Translations under genes and position numbers: made by a program
From: an uncultured Acidobacteriota bacterium
GTDB lineage: Bacteria; Acidobacteriota; Thermoanaerobaculia; Multivoradales; UBA5704
Length of the DNA stretch: 64,000 bases
Reading direction: 5' to 3'
Assembly: GCA_963770895.1 (NCBI GenBank)
Contig: CAVYRF010000002.1
Location: forward strand, 1,664,001-1,728,000
Notes under the pieces: generated by a model
The model's input: the letters and a program-made list of their open reading frames with translations, nothing else
The model's database searches: none
What the model was told of the DNA's origin: nothing
In this document: positions 43,147 through 53,005 of the stretch, piece after piece
Position numbering within the stretch: position 1 is the stretch's first letter
Layout: the number at the start of each line of letters is the position of its first letter

Positions 43147-43825
43147 CCTCGCCTTCGGCTCGTATCTGACCTACTCACCGCACGGCACGGCGCCCGCGGA
43201 GCTGGCGTCGGCCGAAGTGTGCAGGCAGATCAAGCGCGACGGCCTCCTGGGCAGGGGGCTGCCGGCCATTCCCTACGTGGTCCGGCGCGTCCGCCTCACC
43301 CTGGGCCTGGCGCCGGCGCTGGCCGAGCTGCTCGCCGCCGGGCCGGTGCTGGTGCCCATGCCGGGCTGCGAGCCGCTGCCGGCGCGGCGCCCGGGCGCCG
43401 TGTGGGTGCCGCGCCGCATCTGCCAGGAGCTGCTCCTCATGCGCCTGGGCAGCCGCATGGAGCCGCTGTTGCAGCGCCGCCAGCCGGTCGCCAAATCCGC
43501 CCTGGCCCGCCGGGGCAGGCGGCCGGGGGTCCGCGAGCAGTACGAATCCCTGGCCGTGGCGGCGCGCGCCGCCGAGCGGGCGGCTGCCGTCACCCACATC
43601 CTGCTGGTCGACGACGTCGTCACCCGCGGCGCCACCCTGCTGGCCGGCGCCTGCCGCCTGGCCGAAGCCTTTCCGCAAGCCGACGTGCGCGCCTTCGCCC
43701 TGGTCAGGACCCAATTCGCAACCGGCCACCCGCGCGGCCGGCAGACCTTCCGCTCCCTGGTCGATCCCGTCGTCTCGCGGCTCACCCTCGACCGCCTGGG
43801 CCGCGTCTGGCGGCGGGACCGCTGA
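43130..43825 (+). CDS. Phosphoribosyltransferase-fold protein (DprA-associated)
   Basis: LVPMP, VAKSA, ILLVDDVVTRGATL PRPP-binding motif, AFALVRT; overlaps the dprA-like stop. Confidence 0.85.
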   Translation: MLSLSSLAFGSYLTYSPHGTAPAELASAEVCRQIKRDGLLGRGLPAIPYVVRRVRLTLGLAPALAELLAAGPVLVPMPGCEPLPARRPGAVWVPRRICQELLLMRLGSRMEPLLQRRQPVAKSALARRGRRPGVREQYESLAVAARAAERAAAVTHILLVDDVVTRGATLLAGACRLAEAFPQADVRAFALVRTQFATGHPRGRQTFRSLVDPVVSRLTLDRLGRVWRRDR

Positions 43826-43858
43826 TCCGAGAAGAGCAACGGCGATGTAGAATGCGGC

Positions 43859-46342
43859 ATGAACCGTCTATTTCTGGACCTGCGGTTTGCGGTGCGGATG
43901 TTTGGGCGGCAGCCCATGCTGGCGGCAGCGGCGCTGGTCACGTTGGCGCTGGGCGTCGGCGCCAACAGCGCGATGTTCAGCATCGTCGATGCGATGCTGC
44001 TCAAGCCGCCGCCGTTCCGCGATCCCGATCGGGTGGCGATCGCCTGGACGACTTCGCCCGCGCAGGCCCGCGCCTCGGGGATCGCCGACGACAAGTTCCC
44101 CATCAGCTGGGGCGACTTCTACGAGTGGCAGCGGCGGGTGCGGTCGTTTTCCCACCTGGCGATGTTCGAGCCCGATTCGGTCAACCTGTCGGGCGCCGGC
44201 GTCCCGGCGCAGCTCGACGTGCTGCGGGTGAGCGGCGAATTTGCGGCGGTGCTCGGCACGCCGCCCCTGCTCGGGCGCGCCCTCGAGCCAGGCGACGACG
44301 TGCCGGGCAGGCCGGCGGCGATCCTGCTCGGGTACGCCTGCTGGCGGCGCACCTTCGGCGGCGACCGGCGGGTGATCGGCCGCAAGGTCTATTTGAACGG
44401 CGATCCGGCGCTGGTCGTCGGCGTGATGCCGCCCCGGTTCACCTTTGCGCGCACCACCGACATGCCGGTTTCGCTGGGCTTCCCCGCCGTGCCGGACGCC
44501 TGGGTGCCCTACTGCCTGAGCGCCGCCGACCGGCAGGACCATGGCCGGAGCACCGGCCAGGTCATCGGCCGCCTGCGCGCCGGGGTCGGCATCCGCGCCG
44601 CCGAGCAGGAGCTGCGGGCGCTGTGGGACCAGCAGGTGCGCGAGGAGGCGCTCGACAGGGGCTTCGGCGTCGACCTGCTGCCCATCGCCGAGCAGCTGGC
44701 GGGCGGCTCGCGGCGGGCGCTGCTGGTGCTGTGGGCGGCCGTCGGCCTGGTGCTGCTCATCGCCTGCGCCAACGTCGCCGGTCTGCTGCTGGCGCGCGCC
44801 GCCTCGCGCCGGCAGGAGATCGCCGTGCGCACCGCGATCGGCGCCGGGCGCGCCCACCTGGTCCGCCAGCTGCTTGCCGAAAGCGGCCTGCTGGCGCTGG
44901 CGGGCGGCATCGCCGGCCTGGGCGTGGCGGCGCTGGGGCTGCGCCTGCTGGCCGCGCTGGCGCCGGCGGACCTGGCGCGGGCGCTGCCCACGACGCTGGA
45001 TGCCCGCGTCCTCGCGTTCACCCTGTCGCTGTGCGCCGTCACCTGCATCGCCACCGGCCTGCTGCCGGCGGCACAGGTCACCCGTCCCGATCTCGCCGCG
45101 GCCTTGCGCGATGGCATGCGCACCGCGGACGGCGCCGCGCCGGGGCGCCGCACCCGCGACGCGCTGGTGGTCGCGGAGCTGGCGGTATCGGTGCTGCTGC
45201 TCACCGGCGCCGGCCTCCTGCTGCACAGCTTCGCCCGGCTGCTCCAGGTCGATCCCGGCTTCCGCACCGCGCACGTCGTGGCCATGGAAGTGTACGTGCC
45301 GGGCGGGCACGACCCGATGGAGACGCGCCGCCGCTTCTACGGCCGCGTCGTCGAGCGGCTGCAGGCGCTGCCGGGCGTCGCTGCCGCCGCCGGCATCAAC
45401 GAGCTGCCGCTGAAAGGCGGCGTCTGGTTGAGCGGCTGGGTGGCCGAAGGGCGGCCGCGCCCCAAGCCCGAGGAGCTGGTGGCGACCGACGCGCGCTCGG
45501 TGACGCCGCGGTATTTCGCCGTCATGGGCATCCCCCTGCTGCGCGGCCGCCTGCTGGCCGCCGCGGACGTGCAGGGCAGGCAGCAGGTGGCGGTCGTCGA
45601 CAACGCCCTGGCGCGCGCCCTGTGGCCGGGGCAAGACCCGATCGGCAGGCGCCTGCGCGCCTGGTACGCGAAGGGCCAGGACGACCCCGAATGCCCCTGG
45701 ATGACCGTGGTCGGAATCGTCGGCAGCGTCCGCTACGACGGGCTCGACAGCCCGCCGCGGACAGCGCTCTACAAACCCACCGCCCAGGGGCCGTGGGTGT
45801 CGGCGGACATGACGTTCGTGGTGCGCGCCGGAGGCGATCCCGCCGCCCTGGCCGTCGCGGCGCGCGACGCGGTGCGCCAGGTCGACCCGGCGCAGCCGAT
45901 CGCCAGCCTGCGCACCCTCGACCAGGTCGTGGCCGACTCCGTGGCGCCGCGCCGCTTCGCCCTGCAGCTGCTGGGGGTGTTCGCCGGTGCGGCGCTGGCG
46001 CTTGCCGCGGTCGGCGTCTACGGCGTGACCTATGCGTCGGTCGTGCGGCGCACCCGCGAGCTGGGGCTGCGCATCGCGCTGGGCGCCCAGCCGCGCCAGC
46101 TCCTGTGGCTGCTGCTCGCCAAGGCCGGCGCCCTGGTCGCCCTCGGCCTGGCGATCGGCCTGGCCGCCGCCCTGGCCGCCACCCGCGCCATGGCCTCGAT
46201 GCTCTACGGCGTCAGCCCCGCCGATCCCGCGGCCTACGTCCTGGGCGCGCTGCTTCTCGCCGTGGCCGCGCTGGTCTCCGTCTTGATCCCCGCCCGCCGC
46301 GCCACCCGCATGGATCCGATGGCGGCCCTGCGCGCCGACTGA
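43859..46342 (+). CDS. Duplicated orphan ABC permease (MacB/FtsX, ADOP type)
   Basis: DLRFAVR, TLALGVGANSAMFS, LLIACANVAGLLLAR, RTRELGLRIALGA, RMDPMAALR. Confidence 0.93.
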   Translation: MNRLFLDLRFAVRMFGRQPMLAAAALVTLALGVGANSAMFSIVDAMLLKPPPFRDPDRVAIAWTTSPAQARASGIADDKFPISWGDFYEWQRRVRSFSHLAMFEPDSVNLSGAGVPAQLDVLRVSGEFAAVLGTPPLLGRALEPGDDVPGRPAAILLGYACWRRTFGGDRRVIGRKVYLNGDPALVVGVMPPRFTFARTTDMPVSLGFPAVPDAWVPYCLSAADRQDHGRSTGQVIGRLRAGVGIRAAEQELRALWDQQVREEALDRGFGVDLLPIAEQLAGGSRRALLVLWAAVGLVLLIACANVAGLLLARAASRRQEIAVRTAIGAGRAHLVRQLLAESGLLALAGGIAGLGVAALGLRLLAALAPADLARALPTTLDARVLAFTLSLCAVTCIATGLLPAAQVTRPDLAAALRDGMRTADGAAPGRRTRDALVVAELAVSVLLLTGAGLLLHSFARLLQVDPGFRTAHVVAMEVYVPGGHDPMETRRRFYGRVVERLQALPGVAAAAGINELPLKGGVWLSGWVAEGRPRPKPEELVATDARSVTPRYFAVMGIPLLRGRLLAAADVQGRQQVAVVDNALARALWPGQDPIGRRLRAWYAKGQDDPECPWMTVVGIVGSVRYDGLDSPPRTALYKPTAQGPWVSADMTFVVRAGGDPAALAVAARDAVRQVDPAQPIASLRTLDQVVADSVAPRRFALQLLGVFAGAALALAAVGVYGVTYASVVRRTRELGLRIALGAQPRQLLWLLLAKAGALVALGLAIGLAAALAATRAMASMLYGVSPADPAAYVLGALLLAVAALVSVLIPARRATRMDPMAALRAD

Positions 46343-46404
46343 ACGTGGGCGGCGCGGGTGCGGTGGGTTCGCCAGGTCCCGGTGGCGGCGGGGCGGGCCA
46401 TGCC

Positions 46405-46413
46405 TGCTAAAAT
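46405..46413 (+). promoter_or_regulatory. Extended -10 element TGcTAAAAT
   Basis: In an AT-rich patch about 115 nt upstream of the 46528 gene, which has an AGGAGA RBS. Confidence 0.45.
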
Positions 46414-46527
46414 AAGGCGAGCACATAGCACGATTACGAGATCACGACGGCATGCTAGCTGAGGCGGCCGTTTGCCCCTGGGACTCTGGGGGGGCGGCGG
46501 CGGCGCTTCGGCAGAGGAGATTTCCCC

Positions 46528-48345
46528 ATGGCCACGCAGCCGCGGTATTCACGTTGGGTGCAGCTCTCCGGCAGCAACCAGGCGCCGCCGCCCGGTGCGG
46601 TACCGGCTCCGGCGGTCGCCGCCGGCGAGCCCATCGAGGTGACTATCAGGCTGCGCCGCGCCACGCCTTTGAACGCGGATCGGGCGCGTCAGGCGGGGCC
46701 GCAAAAACCGCTGACGCGCGCCCAGTTTGCCGCCGAACACGGTGCGGCGGCCGGCGACGTGGCGGCCGTCCAGGCCTTTGCCAGCCACTTCAAGCTGCGC
46801 GTGCTGGACGTGCGGGCCGGCCAGCGCGCGATCGTCCTGGGCGGCTCCGCGGCCCAGATGGCACGGGCTTTCAGCGTCGAGCTGCGGCGCTATGCGCTGC
46901 CCGACGGTAGCTCGTTCCGCGGCCCCGCGGGCGCGATCTCCATCCCGGCGGAGCTCCTGGGGATCGTCGAAAGCGTCCTGGGCCTGGACGACCGGCCCGC
47001 GGCGCGACGCCCCGCCACCCTGGTGGTGCGCGCAGCCGCCGCGGCGCCGGCAGCCAGGCGAGCCGCGACGCCACGCGGCAAGAAGCCCGGCGCGGGGCGC
47101 GGCAAGCAGCAAGCGCCGGGGCGCGCCTCAAAGGTGGCATCGACAAGGGCCAAGCCGGCGGCGGCGGGCCAGGCCAAACGCCCGGCGGCCTTGCCGAGCA
47201 AGAAGGTGACGCCGCCGCGAAGCAAGGCCGTCGCGTCCGGGGCACGGGGGGCACGGCGCGGTGGGGTGCCGGTGCCGCGGGACGCCCGGGCGGAGGCGCG
47301 CCATATCCTGACGTTCGACTCGGACGATCCGTCGACGTTTGCGCCGTTCACCATCCCCGAGGCGCGGGCCGCTCGCAGCACCGAGCTGGCGGCGATTCCA
47401 TGGCCGGCCGGCAAGCAGCCGACGCCGGCGCCTTTGTCGTCGCCGCCGTCGCCGGACGACCCGCTGCCGCAATGCGACTACCTGGTCGTCACCTGGACGG
47501 TCGAAGAAGCCAAGGCGCTGGCGGATGTCCTGACCCCCGGATTTCCCAGCAAGACGGCCTGGTACCCCTACACCCACAACTTCACCAGCAAGTTCGTGCC
47601 GATCATCCGCCGCGGCGCGCCGTCGGTCGCCGATTCTCACCGGCTGGGCAGCTATCTTCCGGTCACCATCGACGGCAAACGCGTGCTTTGTGTGAAATCC
47701 GAGCTGCACATGAGCCAGGACGGGCCGAAGCTGCCGATCGCGCTGCTGTGGCAGCAGATGATCGCCGAGACGCAGGCCAAAATGGTGATCACCACCGGCA
47801 CCGCCGGCGGCATCGGCGCCGCCGTCGAGCTGGGGGACGTGGTGGTGGCGCCGCAGGTTCGCTTCGACTGCCAGGACCAGTTCAAGAGCGCCCCGTTCCA
47901 CAACAGCCAGTACAACTGCTCGTCGCTGTCGTTCGCCACCCTGAGCCAGGTGCCGCCCCTGGTCGCCGCCAACCTGGCGCGCCTGCCCAAGGCGAGCCGG
48001 CCGCCCGCCGTGTTCACCGCGCCCACGGCCGGCGTGCCGATCGACGACGTGGTGACGACCGACTTTTTCGCCTTTGACGACGCCAGCAATACCTACAAGC
48101 TGCAGGGGCTGGGAGCCGCGGTCGAGATGGGCGACGCGGTGCTGGGCATGGTGATCAGCCAGATGAGCGCCAAGAGCCAACCGCGGTGGACGGCCATCCG
48201 CAACGCCTCCGACCCGCAGATCGCCGACGCCGGCATGACCCCCGCGGAGGCGCGCAAGGTCGCGGCGCAGATCTACGAGCGGTACGGCTATTGGACGACC
48301 GTGCCCAGCGCCATCACCTGCTGGGCGGTCATCCTGGGCAACTGA
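46528..48345 (+). CDS. Fusion: pro-kumamolisin (S53) activation domain + basic low-complexity linker + nucleoside phosphorylase-like domain
   Basis: IEVTIRLRR, LTRAQFAAEHGA..DVAAV, IPAEL.GIVESVLGLDDRP (prodomain); ITTGTAGG..ELGDVVV, AVEMGD, IRNASD (PNP/MTAN fold). Confidence 0.75.
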   Translation: MATQPRYSRWVQLSGSNQAPPPGAVPAPAVAAGEPIEVTIRLRRATPLNADRARQAGPQKPLTRAQFAAEHGAAAGDVAAVQAFASHFKLRVLDVRAGQRAIVLGGSAAQMARAFSVELRRYALPDGSSFRGPAGAISIPAELLGIVESVLGLDDRPAARRPATLVVRAAAAAPAARRAATPRGKKPGAGRGKQQAPGRASKVASTRAKPAAAGQAKRPAALPSKKVTPPRSKAVASGARGARRGGVPVPRDARAEARHILTFDSDDPSTFAPFTIPEARAARSTELAAIPWPAGKQPTPAPLSSPPSPDDPLPQCDYLVVTWTVEEAKALADVLTPGFPSKTAWYPYTHNFTSKFVPIIRRGAPSVADSHRLGSYLPVTIDGKRVLCVKSELHMSQDGPKLPIALLWQQMIAETQAKMVITTGTAGGIGAAVELGDVVVAPQVRFDCQDQFKSAPFHNSQYNCSSLSFATLSQVPPLVAANLARLPKASRPPAVFTAPTAGVPIDDVVTTDFFAFDDASNTYKLQGLGAAVEMGDAVLGMVISQMSAKSQPRWTAIRNASDPQIADAGMTPAEARKVAAQIYERYGYWTTVPSAITCWAVILGN

Positions 48346-48390
48346 ACCGGTCCGCCCTTGCCGCGGGGCATGGCCGGCGGCGGCACCGGT

Positions 48391-50832
48391 TCACCCCTGG
48401 CGCAGGGCGTTGACCGGATCGACGGCGGCGGCGCGGCGGGCCGGCACCAGGCTCGCCGCCATCGCCACCAGCATCAGCAGCGCGGCCACCGCGGTGAAGG
48501 TCAGCGGGTCGTACGCCTTGACCGCGAACAGCAGGCTCGCGATCAGGCGCGTCAGCAGCAACGAGCCGACCAGGCCCAGCGCGATGCCGGCGAGGGTCAG
48601 CCAGACGCTGCGGCCCAGCACCAGCTCCACCACCTGTCCGGTGCGCGCGCCCAGCGCGATGCGGATGCCGATCTCCTGCGCGCGCTGCGCCACGGAGTAC
48701 GACATGATGCCGTAGATCCCCACCGCCGCGAGCAGCAGCGCCGCCCCGGCGAACAGCGCCAGCAGCTGCATCGACAGGCGCCGCCGCGCGATCGACTGCG
48801 CCATCACCTCCCGCATGGTGCGGAGCTGGAAGACCGCCTCTTCGGGGTCGAGCTCCTGCACGGTGCGGCGGATGCCGTTGATCAGCGACGCCGGATCGCC
48901 GGCGGAGCGGATGGCGACGCTCATGTTCGAGATCCCGAACGGCGTCTGCTCGAGCGGCCAATAGAGCTCCACGCGGGACGGCGATTCGAGCGTGCGGTAG
49001 CGGACGTGGTGGACCACGCCAACCACCGTCATCCAGGGGTTTTTCGATTCGCGGCCGCTGCGATGGATGCGCTTGCCGATCGGATCTTCGCGCGGCCAGT
49101 AGGTGTTCGCCATCGTCTCGTCGATGACGCAGACCGGCGCCGCCGTTTCGCCGTCGCGCTCGTCCAGGTAGCGGCCGCGCACCAGCGGGATGCGCAGCGC
49201 CTTGAAGTACCCCGGCGTGACTGGGCGCTGGTCCGCTTCGGGGGTGGCCTCCGTGGGCGCCACCGCCTGCGTGTCGACGGTGACCGTGCCCGACCAGCCG
49301 TTGCCGCTCAGCGGCAGGCCCGGAGAGGCGCCGGCCGCCAGCACGCCCGGCAGCTTGCCGACGCCTGCCAGCAGGTTGCGGTAGAAGCGCCGCTGGGCCG
49401 CCGCATCCTTGTAGCGCTCGTCGGGCAGCGACACCCGCAGCGTCACCACGCCGTCGGGGCGGAATCCGCCGTCGACCTCCTGCAGCCGCAGGAAGCTGCG
49501 GATCAGCAGCCCCGATCCGGCGAGCAGCGACAGCGCCATGGCGATCTCGACCACCACCAGGGCGGCGCGCAGGCGCTGCGAGCGGGCGCCTTCGGAGCCG
49601 CCGCGGCCGCCCTCCTTGAGGGCGCCGTGAAAGCTGGCGCGCGCCGCCGCGAAGACCGGCGCCAGGCCGAACACCACCCCGGTGGCGAGCGAAACCAGCA
49701 GGGTGAACAGCAAGGCGGTGCCGTCCAGGTGCACCTCGTCCATGCGCGGAAAGCTGCCGGCCGTGGTCGCCACCAGCACGCGCAGCGACCACGCCGCCAG
49801 CGCCAGCCCGGCCACCCCGCCCGCCAGGCCGAGCAGCGCGCTTTCGGTCAGCAGCTGCCGCACCAGCCGCCAGCGCCCGACGCCCAGCGCCTGGCGCACC
49901 GCCATCTCGCGGTCCCGCGTCGAAGCCCGCACCAGCAGCAGGTTTGCCACGTTGGCACAGGCGATCGACAGCACCAGGCCGACGGCGCCCAGCAGCACCC
50001 AGAGCGCCGTCCGGATGTCGCCGACCTGCTGGTCGAGCAGCGGCACCAGCAGCACGGCGAAGTTGTAGTCGCGGTAGTGGTATCCGGGGTTCTCGGCGAT
50101 GATTCGGCGCGTCACCGTCGCCATGTCGGCGCGCGCCTGGGCCAGCGACAGGTCCGGTTTGATGCGCGCGATCACCTCCAGCCCGTGATCGCCGCGGCTG
50201 TTCGCCGAAAGGTCATCGGCGGAAAACGACAGCGGCGTCCAGATCTCCACGTCGCGCGGATGCTGGAAGCCGCGCGGCAGCACCCCGACGATCAGGAAGC
50301 TCTTGCCGTTCATCACCAGCTTGCGGCCGACGACGTGCGGATCGGCGGCAAAATGGCGCCGCCAGACGGCATCCCCCAGCAGCGCCTCCTGGTCCCGGCC
50401 GGGGAAGCCTTCTTCGGGCAGGAACGTCCGTCCCACCTGCGCCTGCACTCCCAGCACCGGAAAGAACGCGGGCGAGACGGCCGCCCCCTGCACGCGCTCG
50501 GGAGTGCCGCCAAAGTTGACGTTCAAGTTGACGTTGCCGATGGCGGCGACCCCCGCCAGGCTGCGGTTGCGCTGCAGGTCCATCAGCTCCGGCGCCGACA
50601 CCCAGTTCTGGTCGTTGGGGCTGCCGATGCCGGTGAACCGCATCCAGATCTGCACCAGCTGCCGCGGCTGCGGATACGGCAGGGGCCGCAGGACCACCGC
50701 ATTGACGATGCTGAAGATCGCCGAGCTGGCGCCGATCCCCAGCGCCAAGGTCAGCACCGCGACCAGCGCAAACCCAGGATTGCGACGCCAGGTCCGCAGC
50801 GAATAGCGAATGTCCTGCAGCAGTCCTTCCAT
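48391..50832 (-). CDS. Duplicated orphan ABC permease (ADOP type)
   Basis: MEGLLQDIRYSLR, TLALGIGA, IACANVANLLL, EIGIRIALGA, VDPVNALR. Confidence 0.93.
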   Translation of the reverse strand: MEGLLQDIRYSLRTWRRNPGFALVAVLTLALGIGASSAIFSIVNAVVLRPLPYPQPRQLVQIWMRFTGIGSPNDQNWVSAPELMDLQRNRSLAGVAAIGNVNLNVNFGGTPERVQGAAVSPAFFPVLGVQAQVGRTFLPEEGFPGRDQEALLGDAVWRRHFAADPHVVGRKLVMNGKSFLIVGVLPRGFQHPRDVEIWTPLSFSADDLSANSRGDHGLEVIARIKPDLSLAQARADMATVTRRIIAENPGYHYRDYNFAVLLVPLLDQQVGDIRTALWVLLGAVGLVLSIACANVANLLLVRASTRDREMAVRQALGVGRWRLVRQLLTESALLGLAGGVAGLALAAWSLRVLVATTAGSFPRMDEVHLDGTALLFTLLVSLATGVVFGLAPVFAAARASFHGALKEGGRGGSEGARSQRLRAALVVVEIAMALSLLAGSGLLIRSFLRLQEVDGGFRPDGVVTLRVSLPDERYKDAAAQRRFYRNLLAGVGKLPGVLAAGASPGLPLSGNGWSGTVTVDTQAVAPTEATPEADQRPVTPGYFKALRIPLVRGRYLDERDGETAAPVCVIDETMANTYWPREDPIGKRIHRSGRESKNPWMTVVGVVHHVRYRTLESPSRVELYWPLEQTPFGISNMSVAIRSAGDPASLINGIRRTVQELDPEEAVFQLRTMREVMAQSIARRRLSMQLLALFAGAALLLAAVGIYGIMSYSVAQRAQEIGIRIALGARTGQVVELVLGRSVWLTLAGIALGLVGSLLLTRLIASLLFAVKAYDPLTFTAVAALLMLVAMAASLVPARRAAAVDPVNALRQG

Positions 50833-51039
50833 TGCGTAGCGCCTCCATGCTGGGCCTGCCCTAGCGCCGTTCCGCCTGCCGGGGCGGCGCTGCCACCTGG
50901 AAGTACTGCCAACACCCCGCGGAGGTTTCTGCCACACGTGCCGGGTAGGGGATCTGGCCAGATATTTGCATTGCGCTATATAAGAGTAAGCGTGCGATGT
51001 GGCGGCCGGATTGGGTCGGATGCGCGCAAGGAGGAGATC

Positions 51040-52962
51040 ATGACCAGATCTGAAAAGGCCCGCGCTGCACGAGCTACGGCACCCGCGCGCGCCTCCCTGT
51101 CTTTGGCTTTGACCCTGGCGCTGGCGATGACGGCGATGCTGTTCGCCGGCCTTGGCGGCGAGCCGCGCGCCGGAGCGCTGCCGTCGCCGCCAAGCCAGTG
51201 GAAAGGGGTCAACTACTTTCCCGCCGGCTACTACGCCTGGAACATGCTGAACAGCTGGAGCAGCGTGCAGAGCGCCGTCGACTCCGACATGGCGACGATG
51301 GCGGCAAACGGCGTGAACTTTCTGCACCTCTACCTGTGGGACAGCGATTGGGGCGGTGTCGGCTTCAACCCGATGCCCAAAACGCTGCTCGGCACCACTT
51401 ACAGCCCGCCCAACAATTCACCCAACAGCCAGTGGGCGGCGCTGGACAGCTTCCTCTCCCTGGCGGAATCGCACGGCCTCTACGTCGGCCTGCACTTCGT
51501 CAGCAAATATCCGATCGATACGCTGAATGGGTTGAACGGCAACCTCGACCTGAACGGTGCGGCGCAGATGGGCGACGACTTTGCAACCTGGGCCAACACG
51601 TTCGTCAGCTACTTCACCCCGCGGCACCAGAACATCGCCCTGTGGGGGGTGACCTACGCCCTGGGGCCGGTGGTGGCCGATCCGCCGCTGTCCAGCACGT
51701 GGAACGTGTTTTTCGCCCACGCCTACGGTGGCGTCTACCAGGCGCTGCGCGGCTCCAGCAGCTGCCAGGCCTCCGGCAACGGCCTCGGCCTCATCGGCAT
51801 CAACCTGGGCCTGTCGCCGCAGGTGCCCGCGGGCGGTTTCAACTACAGCTGGAACACCTCCTATCCGCAGCAGGCGGCGGCCGAGATGTCGGGGATGGGC
51901 GTCTGCGCTCCCGACATCTACATGCTGCAGCTGTACAACGCGCACAGTGACGATCTGGCGCAGATGCTCACCACCCTGAGCACGTCGCCGGCCGCGGGCG
52001 GCATCGTCATTCCAGCCAACCAGATCCTGGCGGTCGAATACGCCACGTCCTCGTCGATGGCCGCGGCGCCCTACGGCAACGGCGTCGCATCGTTCGGCGA
52101 TTCGTACACGCCCACCACCGACACCAACGGCCAGGCACAGTGGTTGACCAACACCCTCTGCGCCTTTGCCCGCACCGGCGTGCAAAAGACCGCCTATTTT
52201 GGCTATTACGACGCATCGTCGTTCTATTCCAGCTCGCCGCCCGCCGACGTGGCCTGGCCCGGCTATTTCGGCTTCTTCCCGCTCGGTGGCGGCGCCGCCA
52301 AGCCCGCCTGGCCGGTGCTGTCCAACTACTTCACCAGCGGTGCGCTGGCCTGCTCGCCGCCGCAGCCGCCGCTGGTCCAGCTGCAGGCCAGCACCACCTA
52401 TGTCGGCGCCGGCTACCCGGTGCAACTGACCTGGACCGCCAGCGAGGTGCGCCAGCTGCAACTCTCCGGCGTCGGCAATCTGACCCCGGCGAACGTCGAT
52501 TCGTGCGCCAGCCTGCAGGGCGGCAACTGCGAGGCCATGTCCAAAGGGGTCAAGACCGTCTACCCGCCGGCGCCCGGCACCGCCACCTACACCCTCACCG
52601 GCATCAATTCGACTTCGCAGTCCTACCCCGCCGCCAGCGCCCAGGTCACCATCACCGTCAGCCAGAACCCCGTGGTGGCCGCGGTGACCGACAGCAACTA
52701 CCAGAGCACTCTCTATGCCGACAGCACCATCGTCATCTGGGGCAGCGGTTTCACCGCCACCGGCGGCAACACCGTCCAACTGCAACGCCCCGGCTACGCC
52801 GACGTCTGGCTGTATGAGGGCGACGGCCACTACTACTGGGATCAGTCGACCGGCCAGATCAATTCCAGCCTGGACAACCGCGCCGCGCCCGGTCCCTGGA
52901 CCGTCACTGTCCGCGACGCCACCAGCGCCCCCTCCTACCCGTTCAACATCACCATCAACTGA
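51040..52962 (+). CDS. Secreted glycoside-hydrolase-like (clan GH-A-like) protein with Ig/IPT-like C-terminal domains
   Basis: AAGGAGG RBS, signal peptide, KGVNYFP, DMATMAANGVNFLHL, LD.FL.LA..HGLYV, AVEYA; Thr/Ser-rich beta domains. Confidence 0.68.
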   Translation: MTRSEKARAARATAPARASLSLALTLALAMTAMLFAGLGGEPRAGALPSPPSQWKGVNYFPAGYYAWNMLNSWSSVQSAVDSDMATMAANGVNFLHLYLWDSDWGGVGFNPMPKTLLGTTYSPPNNSPNSQWAALDSFLSLAESHGLYVGLHFVSKYPIDTLNGLNGNLDLNGAAQMGDDFATWANTFVSYFTPRHQNIALWGVTYALGPVVADPPLSSTWNVFFAHAYGGVYQALRGSSSCQASGNGLGLIGINLGLSPQVPAGGFNYSWNTSYPQQAAAEMSGMGVCAPDIYMLQLYNAHSDDLAQMLTTLSTSPAAGGIVIPANQILAVEYATSSSMAAAPYGNGVASFGDSYTPTTDTNGQAQWLTNTLCAFARTGVQKTAYFGYYDASSFYSSSPPADVAWPGYFGFFPLGGGAAKPAWPVLSNYFTSGALACSPPQPPLVQLQASTTYVGAGYPVQLTWTASEVRQLQLSGVGNLTPANVDSCASLQGGNCEAMSKGVKTVYPPAPGTATYTLTGINSTSQSYPAASAQVTITVSQNPVVAAVTDSNYQSTLYADSTIVIWGSGFTATGGNTVQLQRPGYADVWLYEGDGHYYWDQSTGQINSSLDNRAAPGPWTVTVRDATSAPSYPFNITIN

Positions 52963-53005
52963 TCACCTGGCGTCCCGGAGGCAAGGAGGGATCTATACTC
53001 ATGGC

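Noticed and set aside
42394-43825. Competence dprA/comF locus
   Set aside because: DprA lacks flanking domains, the PRTase lacks the ComFC zinc-finger cysteines, and the context is accessory
48358-52962. 1534-aa ORF in the track
   Set aside because: The first ~890 codons are the antisense shadow of the minus-strand permease; the real gene starts at ATG 51040 after AAGGAGG
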